Shown: positions 8,156-18,346, counted from the first letter of the stretch. The stretch is DNA of 64,000 bases from Clostridia bacterium (GCA_017536445.1 JAFXHJ010000002.1:49467-113466), one strand, 5' to 3'. The notes: generated by a model from the sequence alone, not told the origin. Numbers and translations: made by a program.

Positions 8156-9715
8156 ATGAATAATAAAAATATGAAAGAAAGAGAAGAACTACACAAGGCA
8201 ATATGGGCTATTGCAGATGATTTAAGAGGTTCTGTAGATGGATGGGATTTCAAACAATATATACTAGGTATAATGTTTTATAGATATATATCAGAAAATA
8301 TAACAAATTACATAAATGAAGGCGAAAGAAAAGCAGGAGATAAAGATTTTGATTATGCAAAATTATCAGATGCTGAAGCTGAAACAGTAAGAGAAGATTT
8401 GGTAAAGGTAAAAGGCTTCTTTATATTACCTTCAGAACTATTTTGCAATGTATGTAAAAGAGCAAAAAGTGATGAAAACTTAAATGAAACACTAGAAAAC
8501 ATATTTAGCAATATAGAAAATTCTGCAAAAGGAGCAGAGAGCGAAGATGACTTTGCAGGATTATTTGCGGATTTAGATGTAAACAGCAATAAATTAGGTG
8601 CATCTGTACCTAAAAGAAATGCTAAATTAGTGAAGATACTAGAAGGTATAGCAAATATAAAACTGGGTAATTATCAAGACAACTCAATAGATGCATTTGG
8701 AGATGCTTACGAATTCTTAATGGGTATGTATGCATCAAATGCAGGAAAATCTGGTGGAGAATTCTATACACCACAAGAAGTAAGTGAACTATTAACAAAA
8801 CTTGCTGTACTTGGAAAAACACAAGTAAACAAAGTATACGACCCAGCTTGTGGATCTGGTTCATTGCTATTAAAAGCAGCTAAAATACTAGGTAAAGAAA
8901 ATGTAAGAAATGGCTTCTTTGGCCAAGAAATAAACCTAACAACATATAACCTATGTAGAATAAATATGTTCTTACATGATATAGACTATGATAAATTTGA
9001 TATAGCTTGTGAAGACACATTGGTATCACCACAACATTGGGATGATGAACCGTTTGAAGTAATAGTTTCAAATCCACCATACTCAATAAAATGGGCAGGA
9101 GACGATAACACAGTATTAATAAACGACCCTAGATATTCACCAGCAGGAGTACTAGCGCCAAAATCTAAAGCAGACTTTGCATTCATAATGCATTCATTAG
9201 CTTGGCTTGCAACAAATGGAACAGCGTCAATAGTATGTTTCCCGGGAATATTATATAGAGGTGGCGCAGAACAAAAAATTAGAAAATATTTAATAGACAA
9301 TAATTTTGTAGATGCAATTATACAATTACCAGATAATTTATTCTACGGAACATCAATAGCAACTTGTATTATGGTTCTAAAGAAGAACAAAAAAGATAAT
9401 AGCACATTATTCATAGATGCAACTAATGAATGTGTTAAAGTAACAAACAATAATAAACTTACGGACGAAAATATAGATAATATAGTAAATATATTTGCAA
9501 AAAGAGAAGATATAGAATATGTTGCAAAGCTTGTATCAAACAAAGAAATAGAAGAAAATGAATATAACTTATCTGTATCAACATATGTAGAAAAAGAAGA
9601 TACAAGAGAAAAAATAGACATAGTTAAGCTTAATAAAGAAATAGAAGAAATAGTTGCAAGAGAACAAGTACTTCGTGATGAAATAAATAAAATAATAGCA
9701 GAAATAGAGGTGTAA
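8156..9715 (+). CDS. hsdM: type I restriction-modification system, M subunit (N6-adenine DNA methyltransferase)
   Basis: N-terminal HsdM_N region, SAM motif DPACGSGSLLL, catalytic NPPYS motif. Start at ATG 8156 with RBS acggagg; the ORF-track 8090 start lacks an RBS. Confidence 0.92.
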   Translation: MNNKNMKEREELHKAIWAIADDLRGSVDGWDFKQYILGIMFYRYISENITNYINEGERKAGDKDFDYAKLSDAEAETVREDLVKVKGFFILPSELFCNVCKRAKSDENLNETLENIFSNIENSAKGAESEDDFAGLFADLDVNSNKLGASVPKRNAKLVKILEGIANIKLGNYQDNSIDAFGDAYEFLMGMYASNAGKSGGEFYTPQEVSELLTKLAVLGKTQVNKVYDPACGSGSLLLKAAKILGKENVRNGFFGQEINLTTYNLCRINMFLHDIDYDKFDIACEDTLVSPQHWDDEPFEVIVSNPPYSIKWAGDDNTVLINDPRYSPAGVLAPKSKADFAFIMHSLAWLATNGTASIVCFPGILYRGGAEQKIRKYLIDNNFVDAIIQLPDNLFYGTSIATCIMVLKKNKKDNSTLFIDATNECVKVTNNNKLTDENIDNIVNIFAKREDIEYVAKLVSNKEIEENEYNLSVSTYVEKEDTREKIDIVKLNKEIEEIVAREQVLRDEINKIIAEIEV

Positions 9716-9716
9716 T

Positions 9717-10400
9717 ATGAAGGAAAAAGGTGGATATATATACATATTAACAAATCCTTCTTTCAAAGAATATGTAAAGATAGGATATGCAGATGATGTA
9801 GAACAAAGACTAAAACAACTAAATAGAAGTGAATGTATTCCTTTTGCTTTCAGAATATATGCTGTTTATGAAGTAGATTCTAGATTATCAGATATAAAAA
9901 TACATTCAATTATAGATAAATTAAACCCAAATCTAAGATCAATAGATACATTTGAAGGAAAAGAAAGAAAAAGAGAATTCTATGCTATGACACCAGAAGA
10001 TGCATATAGCATTTTAGAGGCGATAGCCGAAATAAATGGTAGAAAAGACAAACTAAAATTAGTTGCACCAACTAAATACGAAAAACACGAAGAAGAAATG
10101 GCAGATGATGTAAAGCAAGAGAATATGGAAAGACTAATACCATTTAACTTTAATATGGTAAATATTAAACCTGGAGAAGAATTAGAATTTGTAAATAATG
10201 CAAGCCCTAATAATGGTGTGACTTGTATAGTTGTAAACGATAAACAGGTTGAGTATAATGGAGAGAAATGGTCGTTATCTGCACTAGCAACTAAACTTTC
10301 TGATGCAAAATGGGGAGTTGCTGGACCACGTTACTTCAAACACAAAGGTGAATGGCTAAACAGTATAAGAAAAAGACTGGAGGGCACAGATAGTGAGTAA
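9717..10400 (+). CDS. GIY-YIG (T5orf172-type) nuclease domain protein with C-terminal DUF4357-like domain, inserted between hsdM and hsdS
   Basis: N-terminal 'GGYIYILTN...YVKIGYA' GIY-YIG signature. 2-nt gap after hsdM. 8-nt overlap with hsdS. Confidence 0.65.
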   Translation: MKEKGGYIYILTNPSFKEYVKIGYADDVEQRLKQLNRSECIPFAFRIYAVYEVDSRLSDIKIHSIIDKLNPNLRSIDTFEGKERKREFYAMTPEDAYSILEAIAEINGRKDKLKLVAPTKYEKHEEEMADDVKQENMERLIPFNFNMVNIKPGEELEFVNNASPNNGVTCIVVNDKQVEYNGEKWSLSALATKLSDAKWGVAGPRYFKHKGEWLNSIRKRLEGTDSE

Positions 10401-11673
10401 ATTAGAACAGTTAATTCAAGAATTATGCCCTGATGGTGTGGAATATAAAAAGTTCAATGAAGTGGCAGAATACATTAGAGGAGTGTCATACAACAAATCT
10501 AAGGAAATTAATAATGGGAAAGAAGGTCACAAACTTTTAAGAGCTAATAATATAACATTGTTATCTAATGAATTAAATTATGATGAAGTTAAAATTATTG
10601 ATTTTTCTGTCAACGTAAAACCAAATCAAATGCTATTAAAAAATGATATTTTAATATGTGCAGGAAGTGGAAGCAAAGAGCATATTGGAAAAGTTGCGTT
10701 TATAGAGAAGAATATAAATTACACATTTGGAGGATTTATGGGGGTAATAAGAATAAAACACAATATAATGAATCCAAGATATATGTTTCACATAATGACT
10801 AGTCCTATATTTAAGGCTCATCTTAGTAAGGTATCGAATAGTAGTACCATAAATAATATAAACAATGATACTTGGAAAGAATTCTATTTTCCTGTACCTC
10901 CGTTGGAGGTACAATGTGAAATTGTCCGTATTTTGGACCATTTCACATTACTTACAGCAGAGCTTACAGCAGAGCTTACAGCAGAGCTTACAGCAAGAAA
11001 GAATCAATATGATTATTATATGGATGCGTGTTTTAAGAGTATTAAATCGACGGTAAAGGTAAAGATGTCAGATGTGTTAATTTCATTAAAAACAGGTTTG
11101 AATCCTAGAAAGTTTTTTCAGTTAAACACAGATGATGCACAAGGATACTATGTTACAGTTAGAGAACTAGGAGATAGACAAGTAAAATATTGGCAATCAA
11201 AAGATAAAGTAAATCAAGTTGGCTTAAATAGAATAAATGAACGCTCTAATTTAGAAATTAATGATGTTTTGTTTAGTGGTACTGGAACAATCGGTAGGGT
11301 ATCATTAATTGAAGAGAAACCAAATAATTGGAACGTAAAGGAAGGGGTATACATACTAAAACCAGATACTAAAGTAATAAATCCTGTGTTTTTAATGTAT
11401 TTGATGAAATCAAATTATATGAGAAATATATATTCTAATTATATAGTTGGTTCACCAGTAGCAAGTGTGCCGATGAAAGATTTAAAAGAACTAGAATTTG
11501 ATTTGCCATCAATTGAAGAACAAGAAAAAATAGTAGCGATATTAGATAGATTTGATAAATTATGTAATGACATTTCAGAAGGCTTACCTGCAGAAATAGA
11601 AGCAAGACAAAAACAATATGAATATTATAGAGAGAAGTTATTGTCTTTTAAAGAGGTAAAAAAATATGAATGA
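10393..11673 (+). CDS. hsdS: type I restriction-modification system, S (specificity) subunit with central (TAEL)3 repeat
   Basis: Two TRD-like halves separated by a central conserved region containing LTAELTAELTAELTA. C-terminal conserved helix (DRFDKLCNDISEGLPAEIEARQKQYEYYREKLL). GTG start overlapping the upstream stop. Confidence 0.88.
   Translation: MSKLEQLIQELCPDGVEYKKFNEVAEYIRGVSYNKSKEINNGKEGHKLLRANNITLLSNELNYDEVKIIDFSVNVKPNQMLLKNDILICAGSGSKEHIGKVAFIEKNINYTFGGFMGVIRIKHNIMNPRYMFHIMTSPIFKAHLSKVSNSSTINNINNDTWKEFYFPVPPLEVQCEIVRILDHFTLLTAELTAELTAELTARKNQYDYYMDACFKSIKSTVKVKMSDVLISLKTGLNPRKFFQLNTDDAQGYYVTVRELGDRQVKYWQSKDKVNQVGLNRINERSNLEINDVLFSGTGTIGRVSLIEEKPNNWNVKEGVYILKPDTKVINPVFLMYLMKSNYMRNIYSNYIVGSPVASVPMKDLKELEFDLPSIEEQEKIVAILDRFDKLCNDISEGLPAEIEARQKQYEYYREKLLSFKEVKKYE
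10951..10995 (+). repeat. 12-bp tandem repeat cttacagcagag x3.7 encoding (TAEL)n in hsdS central conserved region
   Basis: Direct reading: three perfect 12-mers plus one partial unit, in frame. Confidence 0.9.
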
Positions 11674-12733
11674 TGTGTATGATACAATAGAAACAGTTGC
11701 TGAAGGAATTAAAACAAATTTAATAAACAAAGAAGATAAAAAATCAATAACATTGTTATATGCTTTTAGTTCTACAGGGAAGACAAGAATATCTAGAATA
11801 TTATCTGATGAAGAAAATAATGATAACATTTGTTTCAATTCTTTCATTACAGACTTATTTGTTTGGGATAATGAAAATTTTGTAATTAATATTCCAAAAG
11901 ATTGCTGGATTGTTAAATTTATAAATGAACAAGGAATTGAAAATCAGATAAAGGATAATTTTAGAGAACTTGTAACTTCAAAAGTAGAGCCAAGGTTTGA
12001 ATTAAATGAAGGCAAAATCAAGTTTGATATACCAACTGGTGATAATAACGTAGAGACAGGAATAAAAATTTCAAAAGGAGAAGAAAGTTTATTTATTTGG
12101 AGTGTATTTTACACAATTTTAACCATTGTAATAGAAGAACTGAATATGAGTAAAGATAACCGAAGTACAGACGTTTTTAATAATTTACAATACGTTATTA
12201 TAGATGATCCGATTTCTTCAATAGATGATTCGAAAATTGTAACTATGGCACTGCAATTAATAGAAGCTATAAACAGTAGTAAAAGCAATTTGAAATTCTT
12301 TATTACAACACATCTGGCGTTATTTTATAATGTAATATACTCTAATTATAGAAAATCAAAAGATTTTAATTCTATTGTTTTAACAAAAAAAGATAATCAA
12401 TTCTATTTAACTAATCAATCAAAAGATACACCGTTTGGTTATCATTTAACTCTTAAACAAGAAATTGAACGAGCAATAGAAAACGATGATATAAGAAAAT
12501 ATCATTATAATTTGTTTAGAAATTTAATCGAAAAGACAAGTAATTTCTTGGGGTATAAAGAGTGGACAAACTGTATTGCTGGAAATCGAAAAACAGAATT
12601 TATAAAGAAAATAAATTTATATAGCCATAGCAGATTAATAGATTGGGAATATAAACAATTACCAGAGGAAGATAAGGAACTATTTAAAGAAGTATATAAT
12701 AGCTTTAAAAAAGAGTATAAATGGGAGGAATAA
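11666..12733 (+). CDS. P-loop ATPase-like protein at the PrrC position of the type I R-M operon (possible anticodon-nuclease/abortive-infection-like)
   Basis: Walker A-like 'AFSSTGKT', Walker B-like 'VIIDDPISSIDD'. Sits between hsdS and hsdR, overlapping hsdS by 8 nt. Anticodon-nuclease identity is not demonstrated. Confidence 0.4.
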   Translation: MNDVYDTIETVAEGIKTNLINKEDKKSITLLYAFSSTGKTRISRILSDEENNDNICFNSFITDLFVWDNENFVINIPKDCWIVKFINEQGIENQIKDNFRELVTSKVEPRFELNEGKIKFDIPTGDNNVETGIKISKGEESLFIWSVFYTILTIVIEELNMSKDNRSTDVFNNLQYVIIDDPISSIDDSKIVTMALQLIEAINSSKSNLKFFITTHLALFYNVIYSNYRKSKDFNSIVLTKKDNQFYLTNQSKDTPFGYHLTLKQEIERAIENDDIRKYHYNLFRNLIEKTSNFLGYKEWTNCIAGNRKTEFIKKINLYSHSRLIDWEYKQLPEEDKELFKEVYNSFKKEYKWEE

Positions 12734-12741
12734 TATTTAAT

Positions 12742-15700
12742 ATGAATAAATATAATGTAGTAATGGAAATGAGTAATTCTACAGTTGCAGCAGAATATGA
12801 ACCCTTAAAGAAGCGCTCTGAGGCATATCAATCTGAAGCCGCTTTAGAGGAAGAATTCATAAGAATGCTTACTGAACAGGGATATGAACGTTTGATGATT
12901 CATAATTCAGAAGCGTTAGTAGATAATTTGCGTAAACAATTAGAATTACTTAATGATTACAAATTTACAGATTCAGAATGGGCTAGATTTTTTAATAATA
13001 ACATTGCTAATAACAATGATGGCATTGTAGAGAAAACTAGAAAAATACAAGAAGATTACATTCAAGTTCTAAAAAGAGATGATGGGACAAGCAAAAATAT
13101 CTATCTATTAGATAAGAAGAATATTCATAACAATAGACTACAAGTTATTAATCAATATGTAGAAAATGAAGGTAATTATAATAATAGATATGATGTAACT
13201 GTTCTTGTTAATGGCCTACCTTTAGTACATATAGAATTAAAAAGAAGAGGAGTTGCTTTAAAGGAAGCGTTTAATCAAATAAACAGATACCAAAGGGATA
13301 GCTTTTGGGCTGGAAGTGGACTATATGAATATGTACAAATATTTGTAATATCTAATGGAACTACTACAAAGTATTATTCTAATACTACCAGAGAAAGTCA
13401 CATTAAAGAAAAAGCAGCTGGCAGAAACAAAAGTAAAAAGACAAGTAATAGTTTTGAGTTTACTTCATATTGGGCTGATGCAAATAACAAAGTAATACCA
13501 GATTTAGTAGACTTTACAAGAACATTCTTTTCCAAACATACATTGTTAAATATATTAACTAAGTATTGTGTGTTTACTTCAGAAGATTTGTTACTTGTAA
13601 TGAGACCTTATCAAATAGTTGCAACAGAAAGAATATTAAATAGAATAGAAGTTGCAAAGAATTACAAAAAAATGGGAACTATAGAAGCTGGTGGATACAT
13701 TTGGCATACAACTGGTTCTGGAAAAACTCTAACATCTTTCAAAACAGCACAGCTTGCAACAAATTTAGAATATATAGACAAAGTATTATTTGTTGTAGAT
13801 AGAAAAGACTTAGACTATCAAACAATGAAAGAATACGACAAGTTTGAAAAAGGCGCTGCTAATGGAAATAGAAGTACTAAAGTATTACAAAGACAATTAG
13901 AAGATAGCACATCTAGAATAATAGTTACAACTATTCAAAAATTAAGTGAATTTGTAAAGAGAAACAAAACTCATCCAGTATATCAAAAACATATGGTATT
14001 AATATTTGATGAATGTCATCGTTCACAATTTGGTGATATGCATAAGATGATAGTAAAAAGCTTTAAGAAATACCATTTGTTTGGGTTTACAGGAACACCT
14101 ATATTTGCTAAAAATGCATTTAACAAATCTAATCCGGACTTCTGTACGACAGAGCAAGCTTTTGGAGATAAACTACATACATATACAATAGTTGATGCTA
14201 TAAATGATGGAAATGTACTTCCATTTAGAATAGACTATGTAAATACAGTAAAATCTAAAGAAGGAATGAAGGATAAGCAAGTAACTGCAATTAATACAGA
14301 AGAAGCATTAGCTTCTCATGAAAGAGTTAGCAAAGTAGTAGAATATATAATTGAACATTTTGACCAAAAGACAAAAAGAAATGCTTTTTATGACTTAAAA
14401 GGACAAAGATTAAATGGATTTAACTCAATATTTGCAGTTAGTTCAATACCAATGGCTAAAAAGTATTATGCAGAGTTTAAGAAACAACTAGAGGAAGCTA
14501 ATAAAGATTTAACCATTGCAACGATATATTCTTTTGCAGCAAACGAAGAAGACAATTTAGATGGAATATTAGACGATGAAGGTTTTGAAACAGAGTTATT
14601 AGATCAAAGTTCTAGAGAATTCCTAGATTTTGCGATTGATGAATACAATAAGAAGTTCAAAACAAATTTCTCATCAGAAGGAAATGGATTCCAAGATTAT
14701 TATAAAGATTTATCTGATAGAGTAAAGAAAAGAGAAATAGATTTACTTATAGTTGTAAATATGTTCTTAACAGGATTTGATGCAACAACATTAAATACAT
14801 TGTGGGTAGATAAGAACTTAAAACAACACGGATTAATACAAGCATTTTCAAGAACTAATAGAATATTAAATTCAGTTAAATCTTATGGAAATATAGTTTG
14901 TTTTAGAGATTTACAAGAACAAACTAATGATGCAATAGCACTATTTGGAGATAAAGATGCAAGTGGTATTGTATTATTAAAATCTTATGAAGATTACTAC
15001 TATGGATACGAGGATGAAAAAGGTAAGAAACAAAAAGGATATGAAGAAAGAATAGCTGAACTTATTCAAAAATATCCTTTGGGTGAACCAATAATAGGTG
15101 AGCAAAACGAAAAAGACTTTATTGTATCTATGGGTAATATTTTAAGATTAAGAAATATATTATCTTCGTTTGACAAGTTTGAAGGAAATGAAATACTTTC
15201 ACCAAGAGATTTACAAGACTATATAGGAACATATACAGACCTATATGAAAAGTATAAACCAGACCCAACAGATAGCGAAAGCATTAAAGATGATATTGTA
15301 TTTGAAATGGAACTTGTAAAACAAGTAGAAGTAAACATAGATTATATTTTAATGCTTGTTGCTAAATATCATAAATCAAATTGTAAAGATAAAGAAATAC
15401 TTGGTTCTATCGATAAAGCTATTAAGTCAAGCTTAGCGTTACGTTCTAAGAAAGAGTTAATAGAATTGTTTATTGAAAGAATAAATACTGTAGCGGATGT
15501 GTTTAAGGATTGGACTAAATTTGTAAAAGAACAAAAAGAAATAGACTTGAAAGCATTAGTTGAAGAAGAAAACTTAAACGAAGATGAAACTAGAAGATTC
15601 TTAAATAATTCATTCAGAGATGGACAAGTTAAAACAACTGGAACAGATATAGAAAAGATATTACCACCAATGAGATGGTTTGGCGGTGGGAATAGAGCAG

Positions 15701-15864
15701 CAAGAAAACAAACTATAATACAAAAAGTGTCTAAGTTCTTTGAAAAATATTTTGGAATAGTAAATGTCGAAGAAGAAAAAGAAGATTTGTATGAAGTGTG
15801 CGAAGATAGCGAACCATATGAGGTGCTTATGGTTGCGGAAGATACGGAAAACGAGTATAAATAA
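12742..15864 (+). CDS. hsdR: type I restriction enzyme R subunit (DEAD/DEAH helicase-nuclease)
   Basis: Helicase motifs HTTGSGKT (Walker A) and FDECHRSQ (DEAH box), ~1040 aa. Start at ATG 12742 with RBS gggagga. Confidence 0.92.
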   Translation: MNKYNVVMEMSNSTVAAEYEPLKKRSEAYQSEAALEEEFIRMLTEQGYERLMIHNSEALVDNLRKQLELLNDYKFTDSEWARFFNNNIANNNDGIVEKTRKIQEDYIQVLKRDDGTSKNIYLLDKKNIHNNRLQVINQYVENEGNYNNRYDVTVLVNGLPLVHIELKRRGVALKEAFNQINRYQRDSFWAGSGLYEYVQIFVISNGTTTKYYSNTTRESHIKEKAAGRNKSKKTSNSFEFTSYWADANNKVIPDLVDFTRTFFSKHTLLNILTKYCVFTSEDLLLVMRPYQIVATERILNRIEVAKNYKKMGTIEAGGYIWHTTGSGKTLTSFKTAQLATNLEYIDKVLFVVDRKDLDYQTMKEYDKFEKGAANGNRSTKVLQRQLEDSTSRIIVTTIQKLSEFVKRNKTHPVYQKHMVLIFDECHRSQFGDMHKMIVKSFKKYHLFGFTGTPIFAKNAFNKSNPDFCTTEQAFGDKLHTYTIVDAINDGNVLPFRIDYVNTVKSKEGMKDKQVTAINTEEALASHERVSKVVEYIIEHFDQKTKRNAFYDLKGQRLNGFNSIFAVSSIPMAKKYYAEFKKQLEEANKDLTIATIYSFAANEEDNLDGILDDEGFETELLDQSSREFLDFAIDEYNKKFKTNFSSEGNGFQDYYKDLSDRVKKREIDLLIVVNMFLTGFDATTLNTLWVDKNLKQHGLIQAFSRTNRILNSVKSYGNIVCFRDLQEQTNDAIALFGDKDASGIVLLKSYEDYYYGYEDEKGKKQKGYEERIAELIQKYPLGEPIIGEQNEKDFIVSMGNILRLRNILSSFDKFEGNEILSPRDLQDYIGTYTDLYEKYKPDPTDSESIKDDIVFEMELVKQVEVNIDYILMLVAKYHKSNCKDKEILGSIDKAIKSSLALRSKKELIELFIERINTVADVFKDWTKFVKEQKEIDLKALVEEENLNEDETRRFLNNSFRDGQVKTTGTDIEKILPPMRWFGGGNRAARKQTIIQKVSKFFEKYFGIVNVEEEKEDLYEVCEDSEPYEVLMVAEDTENEYK

Positions 15865-15875
15865 CAAATGAAAAA

Positions 15876-15914
15876 ACAGAATAACATGCAATATAGCAAT
15901 GTTATTTTGTTTTT
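15876..15914 (+). terminator. terminator after hsdR
   Basis: acagaataacat/atgttattttgt stem (1 mismatch) followed by TTTT. Confidence 0.5.
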
Positions 15915-15983
15915 AACAAACAAATGGTAAAAAATACAATACTTGTAAAAGAATGCTATTCGGTAATAGAAAGGAAGATTAAA

Positions 15984-16379
15984 ATGTTAGAATATATTTA
16001 TCCAATAATTACGGCTGCAATAAGCGGCATGGTAACATATTTAGTTGCTAGAAATGGAAATAAAAAAGATATCGAAGTAGTGAAAATACAAAACAAGGCA
16101 GAGATAGATAGGTTGGTAAATCAACATGCTATAGATATTGAATCTATGAAAGAAAAACATAAATTAGAATTAGAGTCAAAAGAAAAGGAGCATCAATATA
16201 AATTAGAGTTGATAAAAGCAGAGAGTGAAAACGAAATAACAAAGCAAAATGCTATATCGGGAAATGAAGCAGTTAACAATTTGGTGGTAGGACTTATGGG
16301 AAGTATCTTTGGAAGTGAGGCAGCTCAAAAGGAAATTGAGAAAGGAATAAAAGAAGCATTTAAGAATAAGGAGCAATAG
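15984..16379 (+). CDS. small membrane protein with coiled-coil tail (hypothetical)
   Basis: RBS aaggaag. One N-terminal TM (YIYPIITAAISGMVTYLV) followed by charged helical repeats (KEKHKLELESKEKEHQYKLELIK). Confidence 0.55.
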   Translation: MLEYIYPIITAAISGMVTYLVARNGNKKDIEVVKIQNKAEIDRLVNQHAIDIESMKEKHKLELESKEKEHQYKLELIKAESENEITKQNAISGNEAVNNLVVGLMGSIFGSEAAQKEIEKGIKEAFKNKEQ

Positions 16380-16380
16380 A

Positions 16381-17022
16381 ATGTTAAGAGAATTTGAAAA
16401 TATTTATATAGAAACATATTCCGCCTGGGAAAAATATAGGAAAGCAATTATATATAGAGTTTTGGCAGCGGTTATAGTAAGTTTAATAATATCATTTTTA
16501 AATTTTTGGGTGGGAGAACTAATTTTTTATCTATCCATTTTAACATTAATAGTTTTTGGAATATATGCTAGACGAAATGATTTTCAAGATGTAAAAAAAC
16601 AAAGTGCTAAAAAGGAGTTTAAGAATTATGATTACAAAAGAGCAAAGTTTGAGCAAATGAAAGATAAAATAGCTTTGTTATTAAAACAAAAGAATATGTA
16701 TAATAAAGAAAGCTTGGAAGTTATCATACATTCTTTTGAAGGTGAGATGACTAAATACGATAAGGTTTCCACAACAGCATCAATATTATCAATAATATTA
16801 GCAGTAATTGGTCTCAAACAAAAGTTGGCAACGATTGTTATTCTTATATTTGCTGCAGCTGGTACGGGATTGCTTATATCGTTCGTTGTTGAATGGATAT
16901 TAAAATACATATTGGTTAACAAGGTAAAATATAATGAACTTGTTAATGCTTTAGTAGAAATAGAATTGGAAGTTATAAATTCAAAAAAGAAAAAGAATTA
17001 TAACAGTATAAATAAAGAATAA
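16381..17022 (+). CDS. multi-TM membrane protein (hypothetical)
   Basis: Four predicted hydrophobic helices. 1-nt gap after the previous gene. Confidence 0.55.
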   Translation: MLREFENIYIETYSAWEKYRKAIIYRVLAAVIVSLIISFLNFWVGELIFYLSILTLIVFGIYARRNDFQDVKKQSAKKEFKNYDYKRAKFEQMKDKIALLLKQKNMYNKESLEVIIHSFEGEMTKYDKVSTTASILSIILAVIGLKQKLATIVILIFAAAGTGLLISFVVEWILKYILVNKVKYNELVNALVEIELEVINSKKKKNYNSINKE

Positions 17023-17044
17023 AATGTATACGAGGGGATAAATT

Positions 17045-18346
17045 ATGAAATTTGATTTGGAACAAAAAATATACAACAAAAAAACAAAAGAATATTTCAA
17101 GGAGGTAGAAAGTTCGTTCTATGATGGAAATTATCGTTCGGCTACAGTAATGTTATATTCAGTGACAATAGCAGACATATTATATAAGCTAGAAGAATTA
17201 AGAGATGTATATGATGACAAAAAAGCAAAAAACATATTAAAATCAATAGAGATTCAAAGAAATGAAAATAGAATAAGTTCTGATTGGGAACAAGATTTGT
17301 TGAAACAGGTTAGGGAAGATACAGAAATAATAGAGGATATCACTTGGGCGAATCTAGAATATCTTAAAAAACTAAGGAATTTTTCTGCGCATCCCGCTTT
17401 TAATAGAAATAACGAATTAATTGCACCAACACGTGAAACTATAGCAGGACTAATAGAAGATATGTTAAATCAAATATTAATAAGACCGCCATTATTTGCA
17501 GATAAAATTATCGACTTAATAACCGAAGATATTGCGGAAAAAAGCGGAATTTTCACAGGAGATTACGATAAATTTGAACACTATATAAAAAATAAATATT
17601 TGATAAAAATGGGAACAGGTATGAAGACTCAAACGTTAAAAGCTTTTTGGAAATTTGTCTTTAAGCTAGAAAATGATGACTGTAATGAGAATAGAGAAAT
17701 TAACTATGAATTTATAAAAGTGCTTATTAAAAACGATAAATTGGTACACATTACTGAAATAAAAAATGATAAGCAATATTATAATCAAATAAGTGGAAAT
17801 ATAGAAATTCAAGAATATTTAATAAATCTTATTTACGAAATACCAGAAATATATGAATTTATAGAATATACTACAAGGACAGCTTTAGAATTAACATATA
17901 AACAAAAACCTTATCTAAATACAATTTCTTATTATAAATATCCAAATGTAGAAGAATTTTTGAAAAGTATAAAAGGTAATCAACTAACACGAAGAAAGTA
18001 TATAAGATTATTGGAAAGATATGTGAAGCAAGAAAACAAAGAAAAGGAGCTATATGATAAATATATAACAATATTTGCAGAGAGCGAAACATTTGATAAG
18101 GCTGATCACTTATTTACATATTTAATAGATAATAATTTAGAAAACTTTTCTGAAGAGCAAATAATTCGATTAATAGAGGTTGCTAATGGAAACAATCAAA
18201 TATATAATAGAAATAGAGCAAAGCATGATAATAATATTATTATTGAAAAATGTGCATATCGTTTAGGGATTGATTTTGACTATACAAAATATGAAAACTT
18301 CGAATATTCCGAAGAATTACTTGCTAAAGTATTATTTCCATTTTAA
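17045..18346 (+). CDS. HEPN-like (Rx4HP motif) Abi-family protein, candidate abortive-infection RNase
   Basis: 'KKLRNFSAHPAFN' contains the R-x4-H HEPN catalytic signature in a predicted helical context. 433 aa, alpha-rich. RBS gaggggataaattATG. Confidence 0.45.
   Translation: MKFDLEQKIYNKKTKEYFKEVESSFYDGNYRSATVMLYSVTIADILYKLEELRDVYDDKKAKNILKSIEIQRNENRISSDWEQDLLKQVREDTEIIEDITWANLEYLKKLRNFSAHPAFNRNNELIAPTRETIAGLIEDMLNQILIRPPLFADKIIDLITEDIAEKSGIFTGDYDKFEHYIKNKYLIKMGTGMKTQTLKAFWKFVFKLENDDCNENREINYEFIKVLIKNDKLVHITEIKNDKQYYNQISGNIEIQEYLINLIYEIPEIYEFIEYTTRTALELTYKQKPYLNTISYYKYPNVEEFLKSIKGNQLTRRKYIRLLERYVKQENKEKELYDKYITIFAESETFDKADHLFTYLIDNNLENFSEEQIIRLIEVANGNNQIYNRNRAKHDNNIIIEKCAYRLGIDFDYTKYENFEYSEELLAKVLFPF

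Noticed and set aside
10865-11056. 63-aa ORF with QQSLQQSLQQSLQQ
   Set aside because: Alternative reading frame of the hsdS (TAEL)n 12-bp repeat. It lies within hsdS with no independent start signal.
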